From: Candidatus Bathycorpusculum acetigenes
GTDB lineage: Archaea > Thermoproteota > Bathyarchaeia > Bathyarchaeales > Bathycorpusculaceae
Assembly (NCBI GenBank): GCA_009781675.1
Contig: WQVG01000003.1
Span: 3,117 to 67,116 of the forward strand
DNA: 64,000 bases
Direction of reading: 5' to 3'
Shown: positions 26,904 through 36,591 of the stretch, one piece after another
How the letters are laid out: each line of letters opens with the position of its first letter
How positions within the stretch are numbered: the stretch's first letter is position 1
The notes under the pieces: generated by a model
What the model was told of the DNA's origin: nothing
Databases searched by the model: none
The model's input: the letters and a program-made list of their open reading frames with translations, nothing else
Program-made: the position numbers and the translations under genes

Positions 26904-27823
26904 TTATATCCGTCGTGTTTGAACCAATTTTTGATATCACTAAGAGCAATGGCATCTAATGCCGTCTTTAGAGCCTTTTGTAAATCCTCCCAAGACCTAG
27001 CCTTAAGCTTTCTCAAAACCGCCTTCACCTTAGACCACACAAGCTCAATCGGATTTAGATCAGAAGAATAAGCAGGCAAAAACCACACATAAGCACCCCG
27101 CTCAAAAATAGGATCAAACACACCCTCCACCTTATGAGACGACAAATTATCCAAAAACGTAGCATCACCGCACTCATCGTAGGCGCTAAAACATACTTGA
27201 CATACAAACCAAAAATATCACCATTCAAAGTGCCTTTAAACGTTACAGGAGCATTTGCCCTGATAGGCGTACAGTGGCAAGTATGGAAGTACGCTCAAAG
27301 CGCGCATCAGGCACATAATCCGCCACTCTGCTGTGTTTGTCACCCCAACCATATAGTCTGGTCATGGCCGAGTTGATACTAGCTTCATCAAGAAAAGCAA
27401 GTTTATCAACCTCTAGAGTTTTTTGCAGCTCACGCCAATCATTGTGTTTTTCGACTATATCGACTCGTTTTTGCCCATTTGTATGGTGTCTTTTTTTAAA
27501 AGTTAGACCCATTGCTTTTAGATGAAACGATAAGCCTCCTTCTGTTAAGTCTAAAGATAGTTTATCTATGAGTTCTAGAAGGGTTATGTCGGGTGTTTCT
27601 GCTATGGTGTCTTTGATTTGTTGGTCTTGCTCTTTGGTGAGTTTGCTTTTTCTTCCTTTGTAGGGGTGGGTTGGTAGGTTCCTGTTTTTTGGTATTTGTT
27701 CCATATGCGGCTTATGGTGCGTTCGTTTATGTTGAACCATTTTTTGATTTGTGCTACGGGTTCGTTTCGTTGTTTAGCTGCTATGATGTCTGCTCGTTTA
27801 TCATCTGAAACCGGTCTAACCAC
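26888..27823 (-). pseudogene. IS630-family DDE transposase, split over at least three frames
   Basis: HTH part 27602-27823, middle part 27243-27740, C-terminal part 26888-27154 (DNLSSHK ... PAYSSDLNPIE). Manual translation shows two further frame changes near 27243 and 27165. Confidence 0.8.
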
Positions 27824-27862
27824 TGATATGCCTTCTTAATAATAAAACACCACAAACATACA

Positions 27863-27889
27863 CGACAATGTATGTTTAAGTTGCTATAT
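27863..27889. repeat. IS right terminal inverted repeat
   Basis: Reverse complement tatatagcaacttaaacatacattgtc. Confidence 0.8.
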
Positions 27890-28015
27890 ACTGACTCTTT
27901 TCCGTATGCTTGGCTACTAGCGGTTATTTTATTGTTCCTATAGTTGCTGTAGCGTTGCTGGTTTATTTTAGCCGCCGAAAAACCAGTTAACAAACCCTTT
28001 GCATCTATTTTGTAG
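27890..28015 (+). pseudogene. 3' fragment of the IS-disrupted paralog (C-terminal anchor region)
   Basis: Aligns to 26455-26580 of the intact gene and encodes a related ...VPIVAVALLVYFSRRK tail only after a frame shift. Confidence 0.6.
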
Positions 28016-28029
28016 CCTACCTTGGCACT

Positions 28030-28809
28030 CTATTTAGTGCTGTAGTTGTTGGTTAGGCATCGTTTGAGCAGGTTTTCAAAGGTTTGTCGGTTTCTGTTTT
28101 TTCTATAATTCCGCAATGCCTCCAGTAATTCCGTTTTGTCTCTTTCACCAATGATGCTTACGATTGTTTTACAGACTTCACTGTTGCCTTGGAAAAGAAA
28201 CTGGCAAACTGATGTAACATTGGATGCATTGCGCTGAGTGCTTGCAGTTTCAAAATCAACGATAAAGGGTATATCTGATTTGTTGACCAGGAGATGTTTG
28301 GGGGCTTTGCTGAGTTCGCCATGATCCAAGCCAATTTCATCAAGACGCCAGCACTGTTCCAAAATGTCTGTTAAAACTGTCCGTACATCCGTGTTGTCTC
28401 TATAGGTTGTTAGCCACTCCTCTAACAAGAAGCCGTCGATGAGTTGCATTAAAAGAAAATGCTTTGTTACCGCCACAAACTGCGGGCCTACCCCAATCGT
28501 GTTGGCCATAGCAAGCAATTCTGCTTCGTGATATAGGCTTTCGCGTTCTGAGTCTACTCTTTGCATCTTTAGTGCCAGTTGCTTGCCCTGCACATGAGCC
28601 GTCGTAACGATACCTACATAACCCTTACCCAAAACAGATAATGTAAATGCTGAGGATTTACCTGAGAATTCTATGGTTTCCACCCCTAGCCGTTTCAATT
28701 CTTCTACACGTGTTTGCATCTCATCGGAGGTTGCTCGGGGGTAACATACAACAGAAGCGTATGGTTCCTCCACAAGCTGATCTACGGGGACGGTGATTGA
28801 TTGTGGCAT
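28030..28809 (-). CDS. Atypical (RIO/Bud32-like) serine/threonine protein kinase family protein
   Basis: GKGYVGIV (P-loop-like), ALKMQR (Lys), LDHGELSKAPKHLLV and VDFETAS (catalytic/metal-binding regions). Confidence 0.5.
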   Translation of the reverse strand: MPQSITVPVDQLVEEPYASVVCYPRATSDEMQTRVEELKRLGVETIEFSGKSSAFTLSVLGKGYVGIVTTAHVQGKQLALKMQRVDSERESLYHEAELLAMANTIGVGPQFVAVTKHFLLMQLIDGFLLEEWLTTYRDNTDVRTVLTDILEQCWRLDEIGLDHGELSKAPKHLLVNKSDIPFIVDFETASTQRNASNVTSVCQFLFQGNSEVCKTIVSIIGERDKTELLEALRNYRKNRNRQTFENLLKRCLTNNYSTK

Positions 28810-28904
28810 GTATCTCTCAAATCAGCAAAACAAAAAAGTCTTCCGTATAATCAAGGGTGTGAATATCCAATTACCTATCTAGTCAAGTTCCACTAAGCTA
28901 ATCA

Positions 28905-31900
28905 ATGGGAAAAGTTAAAAGCAAATTAGTTTATCCCATTTGTATGTCGCAATCAAGCTCTGAGTTGCAAAAATCTGCTTTAGATATTTTTAGTCGCTTA
29001 AATTCTCAGCAAAGTGAAGCTGTAAAAGAGATTGATCGGCCGCTTCTGATAATAGCGGGTGCTGGTTCAGGTAAAACCTTGACTGTGGCAAGTAAAATCG
29101 CGTATTTGATCAAAAAAGGTGTGCGGCCAGAGAACATACTGGCATTAACCTTCAATCAAAAAGCTGCAGAAGAACTTAAAGTACGCGTAACTGAGTTACT
29201 GAATACTCATGAGGATCTAAACATATCCACTTTCCATTCTTTCTGCAATCAAGTTATACAAGATAATATACTTAACACTAAACTAAACGCCAACTTTAAA
29301 GTTATTACAGAAACAGCCCAGTTAGTCTATTTAGTAAAAAACATTAACAGTTTTGGACTCGAGCATCTGGAATTCAATCATAAACCCTACACGCTAGCCG
29401 AAGAGATGAAAAAATTCATATCCCGTTGCAAGGATGAATTTGTAACCCCCCAAGACCTGCAACTATACCTCGAAGAACAAGAAAAGATTTCAATAAACGA
29501 AGAGGTCCAAGAGGATCTAAATAACCTAAAAGATATTCTAAAGATTTATCGAGCCTATGAGGCCTACAAGCTACAAAATAACCTGCTAGACTTTGGAGAC
29601 ATGCTCTGCATAGTATACAACCTGCTAAAGAGCAAACCCCTAATCCTAAATAGTTATCAAGAGACTTTCAAATTTGTAATAGTCGATGAATTCCAAGACA
29701 CCAACTACATACAACTCCAAATAGTTAACTTGATTGCAAATCGTCATGGTCATATTACAGTTGTTGGCGACGACGACCAAAGTATCTACCGATTCAGGGG
29801 TGCGTACCTCACAAATATAACCGAATTTAAAAAAACGTTCCCAAATTTTGTCGAAAAAGCGCTAGAACAAAACTATCGTAGCACCAAAAAAATCGTAGCC
29901 GTAGCCAACGCTTTAATAGAAAACAGCCCCGAGAGAACAGTAAAGCAACTGTTTACAAATAATCCAGACGGCAACAAAATAGTTGTCATTAAAACCCCAA
30001 ATGACACCTCACAAGCAAACTATATTCTTGAAGTAACAAAAGAGCTCTTAAAGACCTATACACCCCAAGATATAGCTATACTATGTAGGCGAAGAGCAAG
30101 CGCTGAACCAATAATTAACGTCTTTAGAAAACATTCCTTACCATTTAACTTCTTTGGAGAAACAGGTTTTTTCCAAGAACCAATAATTAAAGACATCACC
30201 GCTTTTCTAAAAGTACTTAGCAATCCCTTGGAAAGCAACGCTGAAATCGTTAGAATTCTAGCTAGACGTAACTATGGTATAAATCAAGTCGATATATGCA
30301 AATTCACCAGTTATGCACACCAAAACGGCCTCTCTCTATATGAGACATTTGACCACTTAAACAAGATAGCCGTGGATAAACTCAAGTTCCTAGTAGCCAA
30401 ACAAACATTATCCGATATACTGAACAATAAAAATAGACTACGTACCCTTGATCTTGTTCATACAATTCTTTTTGAACGAGACTTCTACAAATACGAACTA
30501 GCCCTCAAAAACAACCGCAATCTCCAACTGTTAAACCAATTCTATGCGTTTGCAGAGGAGTTCAACAGCATATACCCCGATAGCGATATTGAAGCCCTCA
30601 CAGACTATCTGTCCTTTGCATCAAATTTTGAAATCGAAGAGAAAAGCGATAGCGGACAAGCCGTTGTCATATCAACAATTCATGGCGTAAAAGGTATGCA
30701 ATATCCCGTTGTCATAATCCCAGATGCTAATGAACGGAAAATACCCACAACCTATCAAAGAGACAAATTTGCCATACCCTCAGAGCTTCTAAAGGGAATC
30801 CAATCCAAATATGATGACAAAGAGCTACACATCCAAGAAGAACGCCGGCTATTCTATGTAGCCATAACCCGAGCTAAAGAAAAACTAATCATAACCTATG
30901 CCAACCGCCACGGAGAAAACAAAACAGACTCCAAACCTTCAAGATTTCTCCAAGAAATCAACTGTCAACAAAATCCAAGCCTCACCTTCCAACAAGTAAA
31001 CCCCACGGAAGTACCAATTGAATCAACAGGTACCGAGAATCAAACAAAAACCAAATTGTTCCAACAAATCATAGCAAACCTAACAATTGGACGATTTAAT
31101 GAAGCAATAGAAAATGTCCTTATTTTCGCTAAATCAACCAACAAAAGCATAGATCTGCAAACAGATATAATCAAAAAAATCAAAGAACCAAATTATGTTA
31201 CACTTGAACAAGCAAACGAAAAACCCTTAACTGTCCCCTCAGACCACGTTTTTAGTGTCTCCCAATTCGTCAGCTACAAAAAATGTCCTCGTCAATATTA
31301 CTACCATCATGTAATGAAAATTCCCGAAAAGCCCCGCTACTACTTTGATTTCGGCACAACAATACATAACATCGCAGAACGGCTAACAAGACTACAAAAG
31401 GAAGGACAGCCTGTCGATGAAGCTATCGCAGAGGAGTTACTGGCCAAGTTTTGGAGCTCAAAGAGCTACCTAACAGAACTTGATGAAAAAAGAGATTACG
31501 CTGAAGCAAAAATCATCTTGAAAGTTTTTCTTGAGGAACAAAGCAAAAGCAAGACAGAGATTTTAGATATCGAGCGATGGTTTGAGACTGCAGTAGGAAA
31601 CATACGCATTAGAGGAAGAATCGACCGCATCGACAAAGACGAGACGGGTTACACAGTTATAGACTATAAAACAAGCAAGAATGCATCCTCACTAAACGAC
31701 CTCAAAAAAGACATGCAGCTAATAGTCTACGCGCTTGCAGTAAAAGATATGTATGGTAATGAAAATCAGTTAAAAGTTGGCGATTGGTTCCTACGGCCTA
31801 ACACAAAGATCTTTTTTACCCCCGAAAAACAAGCAATCGAGGTTATACAAACCGAAATACAAGAGATGTCCAAAAAAATCAATTCAGCCATATTTGACCC

Positions 31901-31955
31901 CAAAAAAGACTCCTGGAACTGCGGCGAATGTGACTACAAATGTCTATGCGACTAA
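28905..31955 (+). CDS. UvrD/PcrA-type SF1 helicase fused to a C-terminal PD-(D/E)XK nuclease with Cas4/AddB-like Cys cluster
   Basis: AGAGSGKT (Walker A), VDEFQDTN, GDDDQSIYRFRGA, QNYRS, VHGVKGMQYP, YVAITRAK. C-terminus has CPRQYYY, GRIDRID, IDYKT, QLIVYA, CGECDYKCLC. Confidence 0.85.
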   Translation: MGKVKSKLVYPICMSQSSSELQKSALDIFSRLNSQQSEAVKEIDRPLLIIAGAGSGKTLTVASKIAYLIKKGVRPENILALTFNQKAAEELKVRVTELLNTHEDLNISTFHSFCNQVIQDNILNTKLNANFKVITETAQLVYLVKNINSFGLEHLEFNHKPYTLAEEMKKFISRCKDEFVTPQDLQLYLEEQEKISINEEVQEDLNNLKDILKIYRAYEAYKLQNNLLDFGDMLCIVYNLLKSKPLILNSYQETFKFVIVDEFQDTNYIQLQIVNLIANRHGHITVVGDDDQSIYRFRGAYLTNITEFKKTFPNFVEKALEQNYRSTKKIVAVANALIENSPERTVKQLFTNNPDGNKIVVIKTPNDTSQANYILEVTKELLKTYTPQDIAILCRRRASAEPIINVFRKHSLPFNFFGETGFFQEPIIKDITAFLKVLSNPLESNAEIVRILARRNYGINQVDICKFTSYAHQNGLSLYETFDHLNKIAVDKLKFLVAKQTLSDILNNKNRLRTLDLVHTILFERDFYKYELALKNNRNLQLLNQFYAFAEEFNSIYPDSDIEALTDYLSFASNFEIEEKSDSGQAVVISTIHGVKGMQYPVVIIPDANERKIPTTYQRDKFAIPSELLKGIQSKYDDKELHIQEERRLFYVAITRAKEKLIITYANRHGENKTDSKPSRFLQEINCQQNPSLTFQQVNPTEVPIESTGTENQTKTKLFQQIIANLTIGRFNEAIENVLIFAKSTNKSIDLQTDIIKKIKEPNYVTLEQANEKPLTVPSDHVFSVSQFVSYKKCPRQYYYHHVMKIPEKPRYYFDFGTTIHNIAERLTRLQKEGQPVDEAIAEELLAKFWSSKSYLTELDEKRDYAEAKIILKVFLEEQSKSKTEILDIERWFETAVGNIRIRGRIDRIDKDETGYTVIDYKTSKNASSLNDLKKDMQLIVYALAVKDMYGNENQLKVGDWFLRPNTKIFFTPEKQAIEVIQTEIQEMSKKINSAIFDPKKDSWNCGECDYKCLCD

Positions 31956-32147
31956 AAGCACATTATCAAAAATTGATCGAGCAAAAACAAACAAACAAAA
32001 ATCGTTACAGGTATCAGTTATCCTTTTCTGACCATAAAGTCTTATGGGCGGATCTGTTTGATTAATGCTCAATCTTTATCTATCCGAGAGCGGCATTTAA
32101 AAAAATTAGCACATCGCGGTGCTATCCAAATAGGCGAAATCACCGTT

Positions 32148-32717
32148 ATGACTGAGGTATCAATATTTAATCAGGGCAAAAAGCAGCCCATCAAAGCTTC
32201 TGAAATCGATCCAACATTCAAGTATGAACTTCAAAAAATTCCTGGGGCAGAAAAAATCCTTCGATGTTTTCAATGCGGCACTTGTACCTCTGATTGTCCC
32301 ATCGCTCGATTCAGTGACACCTACCGTCCCCGAACACTTATCCACATGGCGCAACTCGGATTAAAAGACCGAGTATTAAACAGCGACACACTATGGTTAT
32401 GCGCCGCCTGTTTTACTTGTACCGACCGATGTCCCCAAAATATCGACGTTGACAGTGTTATTCGGGTGTTCCGTAACCTCGCTGTCGAGAAGGGATGCAT
32501 TCCTCAGATGTTTTGTGACCAAGCCCAAAACATAGTTGAAACCGGCTACGCATACAAGATGCCCCAAACAAGAATCAAAAAGCGGGAAAGCCAAAGTCTA
32601 CCGCCTCTACCCAAAGGCAACACCGAAGCTCTAAAAAAACTCCTCAAAGGCATAAAATTTTTTGAACGTGTACAGCCGATACAGAAACCTCAAGGAGAAA
32701 ACCAAAATGAACCCTAG
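32148..32717 (+). CDS. hdrC: Heterodisulfide reductase subunit C-like (2x[4Fe-4S])
   Basis: CFQCGTCTSDCP and CAACFTCTDRCP. Start trimmed to ATG 32148. Confidence 0.75.
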   Translation: MTEVSIFNQGKKQPIKASEIDPTFKYELQKIPGAEKILRCFQCGTCTSDCPIARFSDTYRPRTLIHMAQLGLKDRVLNSDTLWLCAACFTCTDRCPQNIDVDSVIRVFRNLAVEKGCIPQMFCDQAQNIVETGYAYKMPQTRIKKRESQSLPPLPKGNTEALKKLLKGIKFFERVQPIQKPQGENQNEP

Positions 32718-33618
32718 TAAATGGCTGTTTTTCCTAGGTTGTACTGTACCCTACCGCGGGGTCTCCTACGAAATCAGCGCACGCAGAGTCCTTACAAAGC
32801 TCGAGGTGGGGCTGGTAGAGATGCCTGAATTCAACTGTTGTGGGTTGCCCCTCGATCCTGTCAGCCACGAAGCCATGATGATTTTAGCGGCAACAAACCT
32901 AGCAATAGCAGAACAGCAAGGCCTAAACATCCTCACCCTATGCCCAGGATGCGCCGGCACCCTCAAAAAAGTCAACAAGACCCTAAAAGAAGACAAACTA
33001 CAAAAAGACAAAATTAACAACCACCTCATAGCAGCAGGCCTAACATACAATGGAACAATCGAAATCAAACATCTGCTCGAGTTCCTCAAAGAAGATGTAG
33101 GGATAGAAAAAATCAAAGCCGCCATAACCCACCCGCTCACAAACCTCAAAGTCGCCGAACACAACGGTTGCCACATTCTACGACCCAAAAAATTTATCTC
33201 CTTTGACGACCCCGAAGATCCCCAGACTCTAAAAGCCCTCATCAAAGTCACTGGCGCTGATTGCCTTGACTATATCGATGAAACCCAATGCTGTGGTGCA
33301 CCCAGCGTTGGTGTAAGCGACACGATCGCTCTGCAACTCGTACGCGACAAACTCAACCACATAAAGATAGTTGGTGCTCAAGCCCTAATCACGATTTGCC
33401 CCTCTTGCCACATAATGTATGACACAAATGAGCTAAGGGTAGAAAAAAATTTTAGCGAATCCTATGGCATTCCCATACTACACTATCCGCAACTCCTCGG
33501 ATTAGCCATGGGTTTAACACCCCAAGAATTGGCCTTTGACGAACTTCGGGTAAATGCAGGGAAAATAACCCAACAACCCGCCATGCAGACTGCACAAAAA
33601 ACAACATCTAATTGCTAA
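32707..33618 (+). CDS. hdrB: Heterodisulfide reductase subunit B-like (two CCG domains)
   Basis: FLGC...NCCG and CPGC in the first half, GCH...QCCG and CPSC in the second. ATG 32707 overlaps the hdrC stop. Confidence 0.8.
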   Translation: MNPSKWLFFLGCTVPYRGVSYEISARRVLTKLEVGLVEMPEFNCCGLPLDPVSHEAMMILAATNLAIAEQQGLNILTLCPGCAGTLKKVNKTLKEDKLQKDKINNHLIAAGLTYNGTIEIKHLLEFLKEDVGIEKIKAAITHPLTNLKVAEHNGCHILRPKKFISFDDPEDPQTLKALIKVTGADCLDYIDETQCCGAPSVGVSDTIALQLVRDKLNHIKIVGAQALITICPSCHIMYDTNELRVEKNFSESYGIPILHYPQLLGLAMGLTPQELAFDELRVNAGKITQQPAMQTAQKTTSNC

Positions 33619-33716
33619 TTTTTCGTAACTTGAGTTCCATATTCTCTTTAGGTTCATTTAAGAACCCCTTACTCTTTAGGGTTAAGCCTTATCTGAGTAA
33701 CCCGCATTATCTACTC

Positions 33717-34085
33717 ATGACGCATATGCAACCCCAGCCTCCTAACCCCAAACATAAACGTATGAAACGCGAAAAACAAACTATAGCCTATATGGTTGAT
33801 ATTTACTGCAAAAATCATCATAGCACCAAAGACGAGTTGTGCGCTGAATGCAAAGAATTCAAAGAATATGCTCTTCTACGGCTCGATAAATGCCCCTTTC
33901 AGGAGAAGAAAACCACCTGCGGTAAATGCGTCATTCACTGCTACCGTCTTGACATGAAACAAAAGGCCAAAATCGTTATGCGATACTCAGGCCCGCGTAT
34001 GATTCTGCGTCATCCGGGATCGGTTTTGCATCATGCCTGGGATTCACGTCGAAAACCGCCGACGTTGGCAAAAAAGTCAGTTTAG
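33717..34085 (+). CDS. YgbA-like 'nitrous oxide-stimulated promoter' family Cys-rich protein
   Basis: REKQTIAYMVDIYCKNHH...LCAECKEF..YALLRLDKCPF...KTTCGKCVIHCY...MRYSGPRMILRHP matches the family pattern. Start trimmed to ATG 33717. Confidence 0.65.
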   Translation: MTHMQPQPPNPKHKRMKREKQTIAYMVDIYCKNHHSTKDELCAECKEFKEYALLRLDKCPFQEKKTTCGKCVIHCYRLDMKQKAKIVMRYSGPRMILRHPGSVLHHAWDSRRKPPTLAKKSV

Positions 34086-34118
34086 CTAATAAATCTTTCT
34101 AGTAATTTTATATCCATA

Positions 34119-34619
34119 TTGGTGCATACATTGACTGATGGCATCAAGCAACAACTCAAAAACTGGTTTTCTGATGTAGACAAAGTGGTTGTTGCAGGTA
34201 TCGGTAATCCCATCCGGGGAGATGACTACGCCGGTTTAAAAATTGCTGAAAATCTACAGAACAAAGTCTCCAGCAATGTTTGTGTGCTAGAATGCGAAAC
34301 AGTTCCCGAAAACTACTTGCTGGATATCGAAATTTTCCATCCTACACACATACTTCTTATAGACGCCGCCATTTTAGGAATCCAACCCGGAGAAACCAAA
34401 TTAGTTGAAGCCACTGCAATTGTGGGGTTCTCTATTTTTTCATCGCATGGTTTACCCTTACGGGTTTTCTGCGAATGTATCACAAAGCTAATCCCCAATG
34501 TAAAAGTTTCATTATTACTAATTGAACCCCTAAACATGGAATTCGGTTATGAATTAAGTCCCGAAGTGCAGACGGCAGTCGATAAACTGACCGCAGTTCT
34601 ACTGGGGTTGCTCACGTAG
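34119..34619 (+). CDS. [NiFe]-hydrogenase maturation endopeptidase (HoxW/HycI/FrhD family)
   Basis: VVVAGIGNPIRGDDYAGL and LIDAA motifs (Asp/His metal ligands), 166 aa. Confidence 0.8.
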   Translation: MVHTLTDGIKQQLKNWFSDVDKVVVAGIGNPIRGDDYAGLKIAENLQNKVSSNVCVLECETVPENYLLDIEIFHPTHILLIDAAILGIQPGETKLVEATAIVGFSIFSSHGLPLRVFCECITKLIPNVKVSLLLIEPLNMEFGYELSPEVQTAVDKLTAVLLGLLT

Positions 34620-35190
34620 TTGATTTACGCTTAAAAACATAATCAGTCGTTAATAGTAGTTTACCTTTGGAGTAGTTGTTCTCTTTGATTTCAAACTGGT
34701 TCTTAGCTACCCATTTGGCGGTGATACGCTCTTCTTGCTCTTGATCTTCAAAAGTTCCCCGCCAATACAGTTCAATAGTGAAGCCGTCACCAATCCATCG
34801 ACCCATATGATCATGGATCTGCCCATCCGAACTTAACCTAAACAAGTGTATTGTGCCATCTGTAGAATCAAACGTCCAGAGATCATTTTGGTAATAGTCT
34901 TCGTATTCTTCGATGTGACCATTAATTTCGCAAGTTATCCCCGCATCGGTTTCTTTTGCAATCACTTCGCCACATCCAGTTATCACTCTACGCTCGATGG
35001 TCTTCATGACAATACCTAACGCCCATTCTCCAATGAGTTGTCTGAGCCATTCTTCTGCTTTAGTTGATTCCAAATTTTTTAAAGTCACACCTGTGTCCTC
35101 ACCATAGTTTCCAAGGCTGATAAGCCAATGTGGCTGTATCGCTACAGCAACGGGATGGTCAAGTAGCTTTAACTCCCAAAGACTCTGCAA
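34612..35190 (-). CDS. Hypothetical protein (192 aa)
   Basis: ORF with protein-like composition. C-terminal half looks beta-rich. No motif recognised. Confidence 0.45.
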   Translation of the reverse strand: MQSLWELKLLDHPVAVAIQPHWLISLGNYGEDTGVTLKNLESTKAEEWLRQLIGEWALGIVMKTIERRVITGCGEVIAKETDAGITCEINGHIEEYEDYYQNDLWTFDSTDGTIHLFRLSSDGQIHDHMGRWIGDGFTIELYWRGTFEDQEQEERITAKWVAKNQFEIKENNYSKGKLLLTTDYVFKRKSTT

Positions 35191-35263
35191 ACAAAGATTG
35201 AGCGATGGGCCGAATACGGCTCTAGGTTTAAACGTTAATTAGCCGGCCGTAGCTATCTGGTTT

Positions 35264-35752
35264 GTGATACATATGGTTGGCATGGCAATCATAATCATGG
35301 GGTCTGAACGTGATCTCGAGTTTTCCCGAGAGATTGCTAAGTACCTCAAACTCTTAGGGATAAGCTACGAATTCCGTGTTGCATCCGCACATAAAACTCC
35401 GTTGGCGGTTTTAGAAATTCTCAAAGAATTTGAAACCCAAAAAGTTGTCTACCTGACCGTTGCAGGACGCTCTAATGCACTTAGCGCCTTTATTGATGGC
35501 AATACCGTTCACCCCGTCATAGCCGTTCCGCCCTATAGTGAAAAATATGGTGGTACAGATATTTACTCTTCACTTCGAGTACCAAGCGGCATCGGCTCAG
35601 TCGTTACCATCGAGCCAGAAGGTGCCGCGATTGCAACAGCAAAGATCCTAGCACTTAACGACACAACACTGCTTGCTACTGTTACAGCTTATCAGGACAG
35701 TAAAAAAAGAGAGCTTGAGCGGGCTAATGAATCTGTCAAGAAACTAAAGTAA
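35264..35752 (+). CDS. purE: PurE-family (AIR carboxylase / N5-CAIR mutase) protein
   Basis: IIIMGSERD, VASAHKTP, VAGRSNAL, PVIAVP. The start may be ATG 35273 or 35282. Confidence 0.75.
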   Translation: MIHMVGMAIIIMGSERDLEFSREIAKYLKLLGISYEFRVASAHKTPLAVLEILKEFETQKVVYLTVAGRSNALSAFIDGNTVHPVIAVPPYSEKYGGTDIYSSLRVPSGIGSVVTIEPEGAAIATAKILALNDTTLLATVTAYQDSKKRELERANESVKKLK

Positions 35753-35756
35753 CTTT

Positions 35757-36218
35757 TTATTTTAACTCGTTTTTTATAGTTTTCAGTGCGAAAACTACGT
35801 CTTTGAGTGGATTTATGCCTGTCTTTTTGTTGTGTTCGCATTTAGAGCAGTGTACGCTTATCTGCGCTTCATGTTCACATACGCCACATCTGTATGTCAT
35901 ATTGCTTCGTAACGTGTTAGAATCAAGCATAACATTGAACAACAGAAAACCGACCATTGTTCCAAGCACCACCGCAAAGCCTGTGTTGACGGCTGTGAGC
36001 AAAAACATGGCTGTCAAAAGCGTTGCCATGGAGGTAAAGCTCACGATTGTGCGCGTTTTTATACCGTATTTCTTGTCAATTCTGCTCCATAGTTTATTTT
36101 CTTCTACAAAGTTGCTTCTTTTGGCAAAGGCAACATAATTCACAAGCGTTAAGACTGCGGCGGCACCTAAACCTACACCATAGTAAAGCAACACTAGACC
36201 TATTATGTCTGAAATCAT
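35757..36218 (-). CDS. Membrane protein with C-terminal zinc-ribbon
   Basis: Four hydrophobic helices, then CGVCEHE...CSKCEH. Confidence 0.45.
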   Translation of the reverse strand: MISDIIGLVLLYYGVGLGAAAVLTLVNYVAFAKRSNFVEENKLWSRIDKKYGIKTRTIVSFTSMATLLTAMFLLTAVNTGFAVVLGTMVGFLLFNVMLDSNTLRSNMTYRCGVCEHEAQISVHCSKCEHNKKTGINPLKDVVFALKTIKNELK

Positions 36219-36481
36219 TTCTCTCTCCCTCTTTTTTCAATCAAGATCTCAAGCGCTTCAATTGACACAAATAAATTTTTGTCTGAACGCTTCAGATAAT
36301 TGCTGTACTATTCATTATTAGTTAATAAAAATATTGTGACAAGCGCCTGCATCATTTCTTTTTGAGGAAAGTAACTTTTTCTGTCAAGTCTTTCCAAAGA
36401 TAATTTAGTTTCTCTATTTTCAACCCTTAAAAAGTGCCAGACGCTGTCCTGCCATAATAAAACGGGTGTCTAACCAAAAAT

Positions 36482-36489
36482 ATTTTTAT
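36482..36489 (+). promoter_or_regulatory. Candidate TATA box for tRNA-Cys
   Basis: ATTTTTAT centred about 30 nt upstream of tRNA position 1. Confidence 0.35.
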
Positions 36490-36515
36490 GTGGGACGTTA
36501 CCTAGACTTCATAAT

Positions 36516-36591
36516 GCTGGGGTGGCCGAATGGTTCAGGCGGTAGCCTGCAGAGCTGCTCTATATGGGTTCAATTCCCATCCCCAGCTCCA
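36516..36591 (+). tRNA. tRNA-Cys (anticodon GCA), CCA encoded
   Basis: Hand-folded: acceptor GCTGGGG/CCCCAGC, anticodon stem GTAGC/GCTGC, loop CTGCAGA, T arm ATGGG-TTCAATT-CCCAT. Confidence 0.85.

Larger units (their letters stand above)
26877..27889 (-). mobile_element. IS630/Tc1-mariner family insertion sequence (about 1 kb), decayed
   Basis: Terminal inverted repeats TATATAGCAACTTAAA... at both ends (24 of 27 nt). TA-rich junctions consistent with TA target duplication. DDE transposase remnants inside. Confidence 0.85.
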
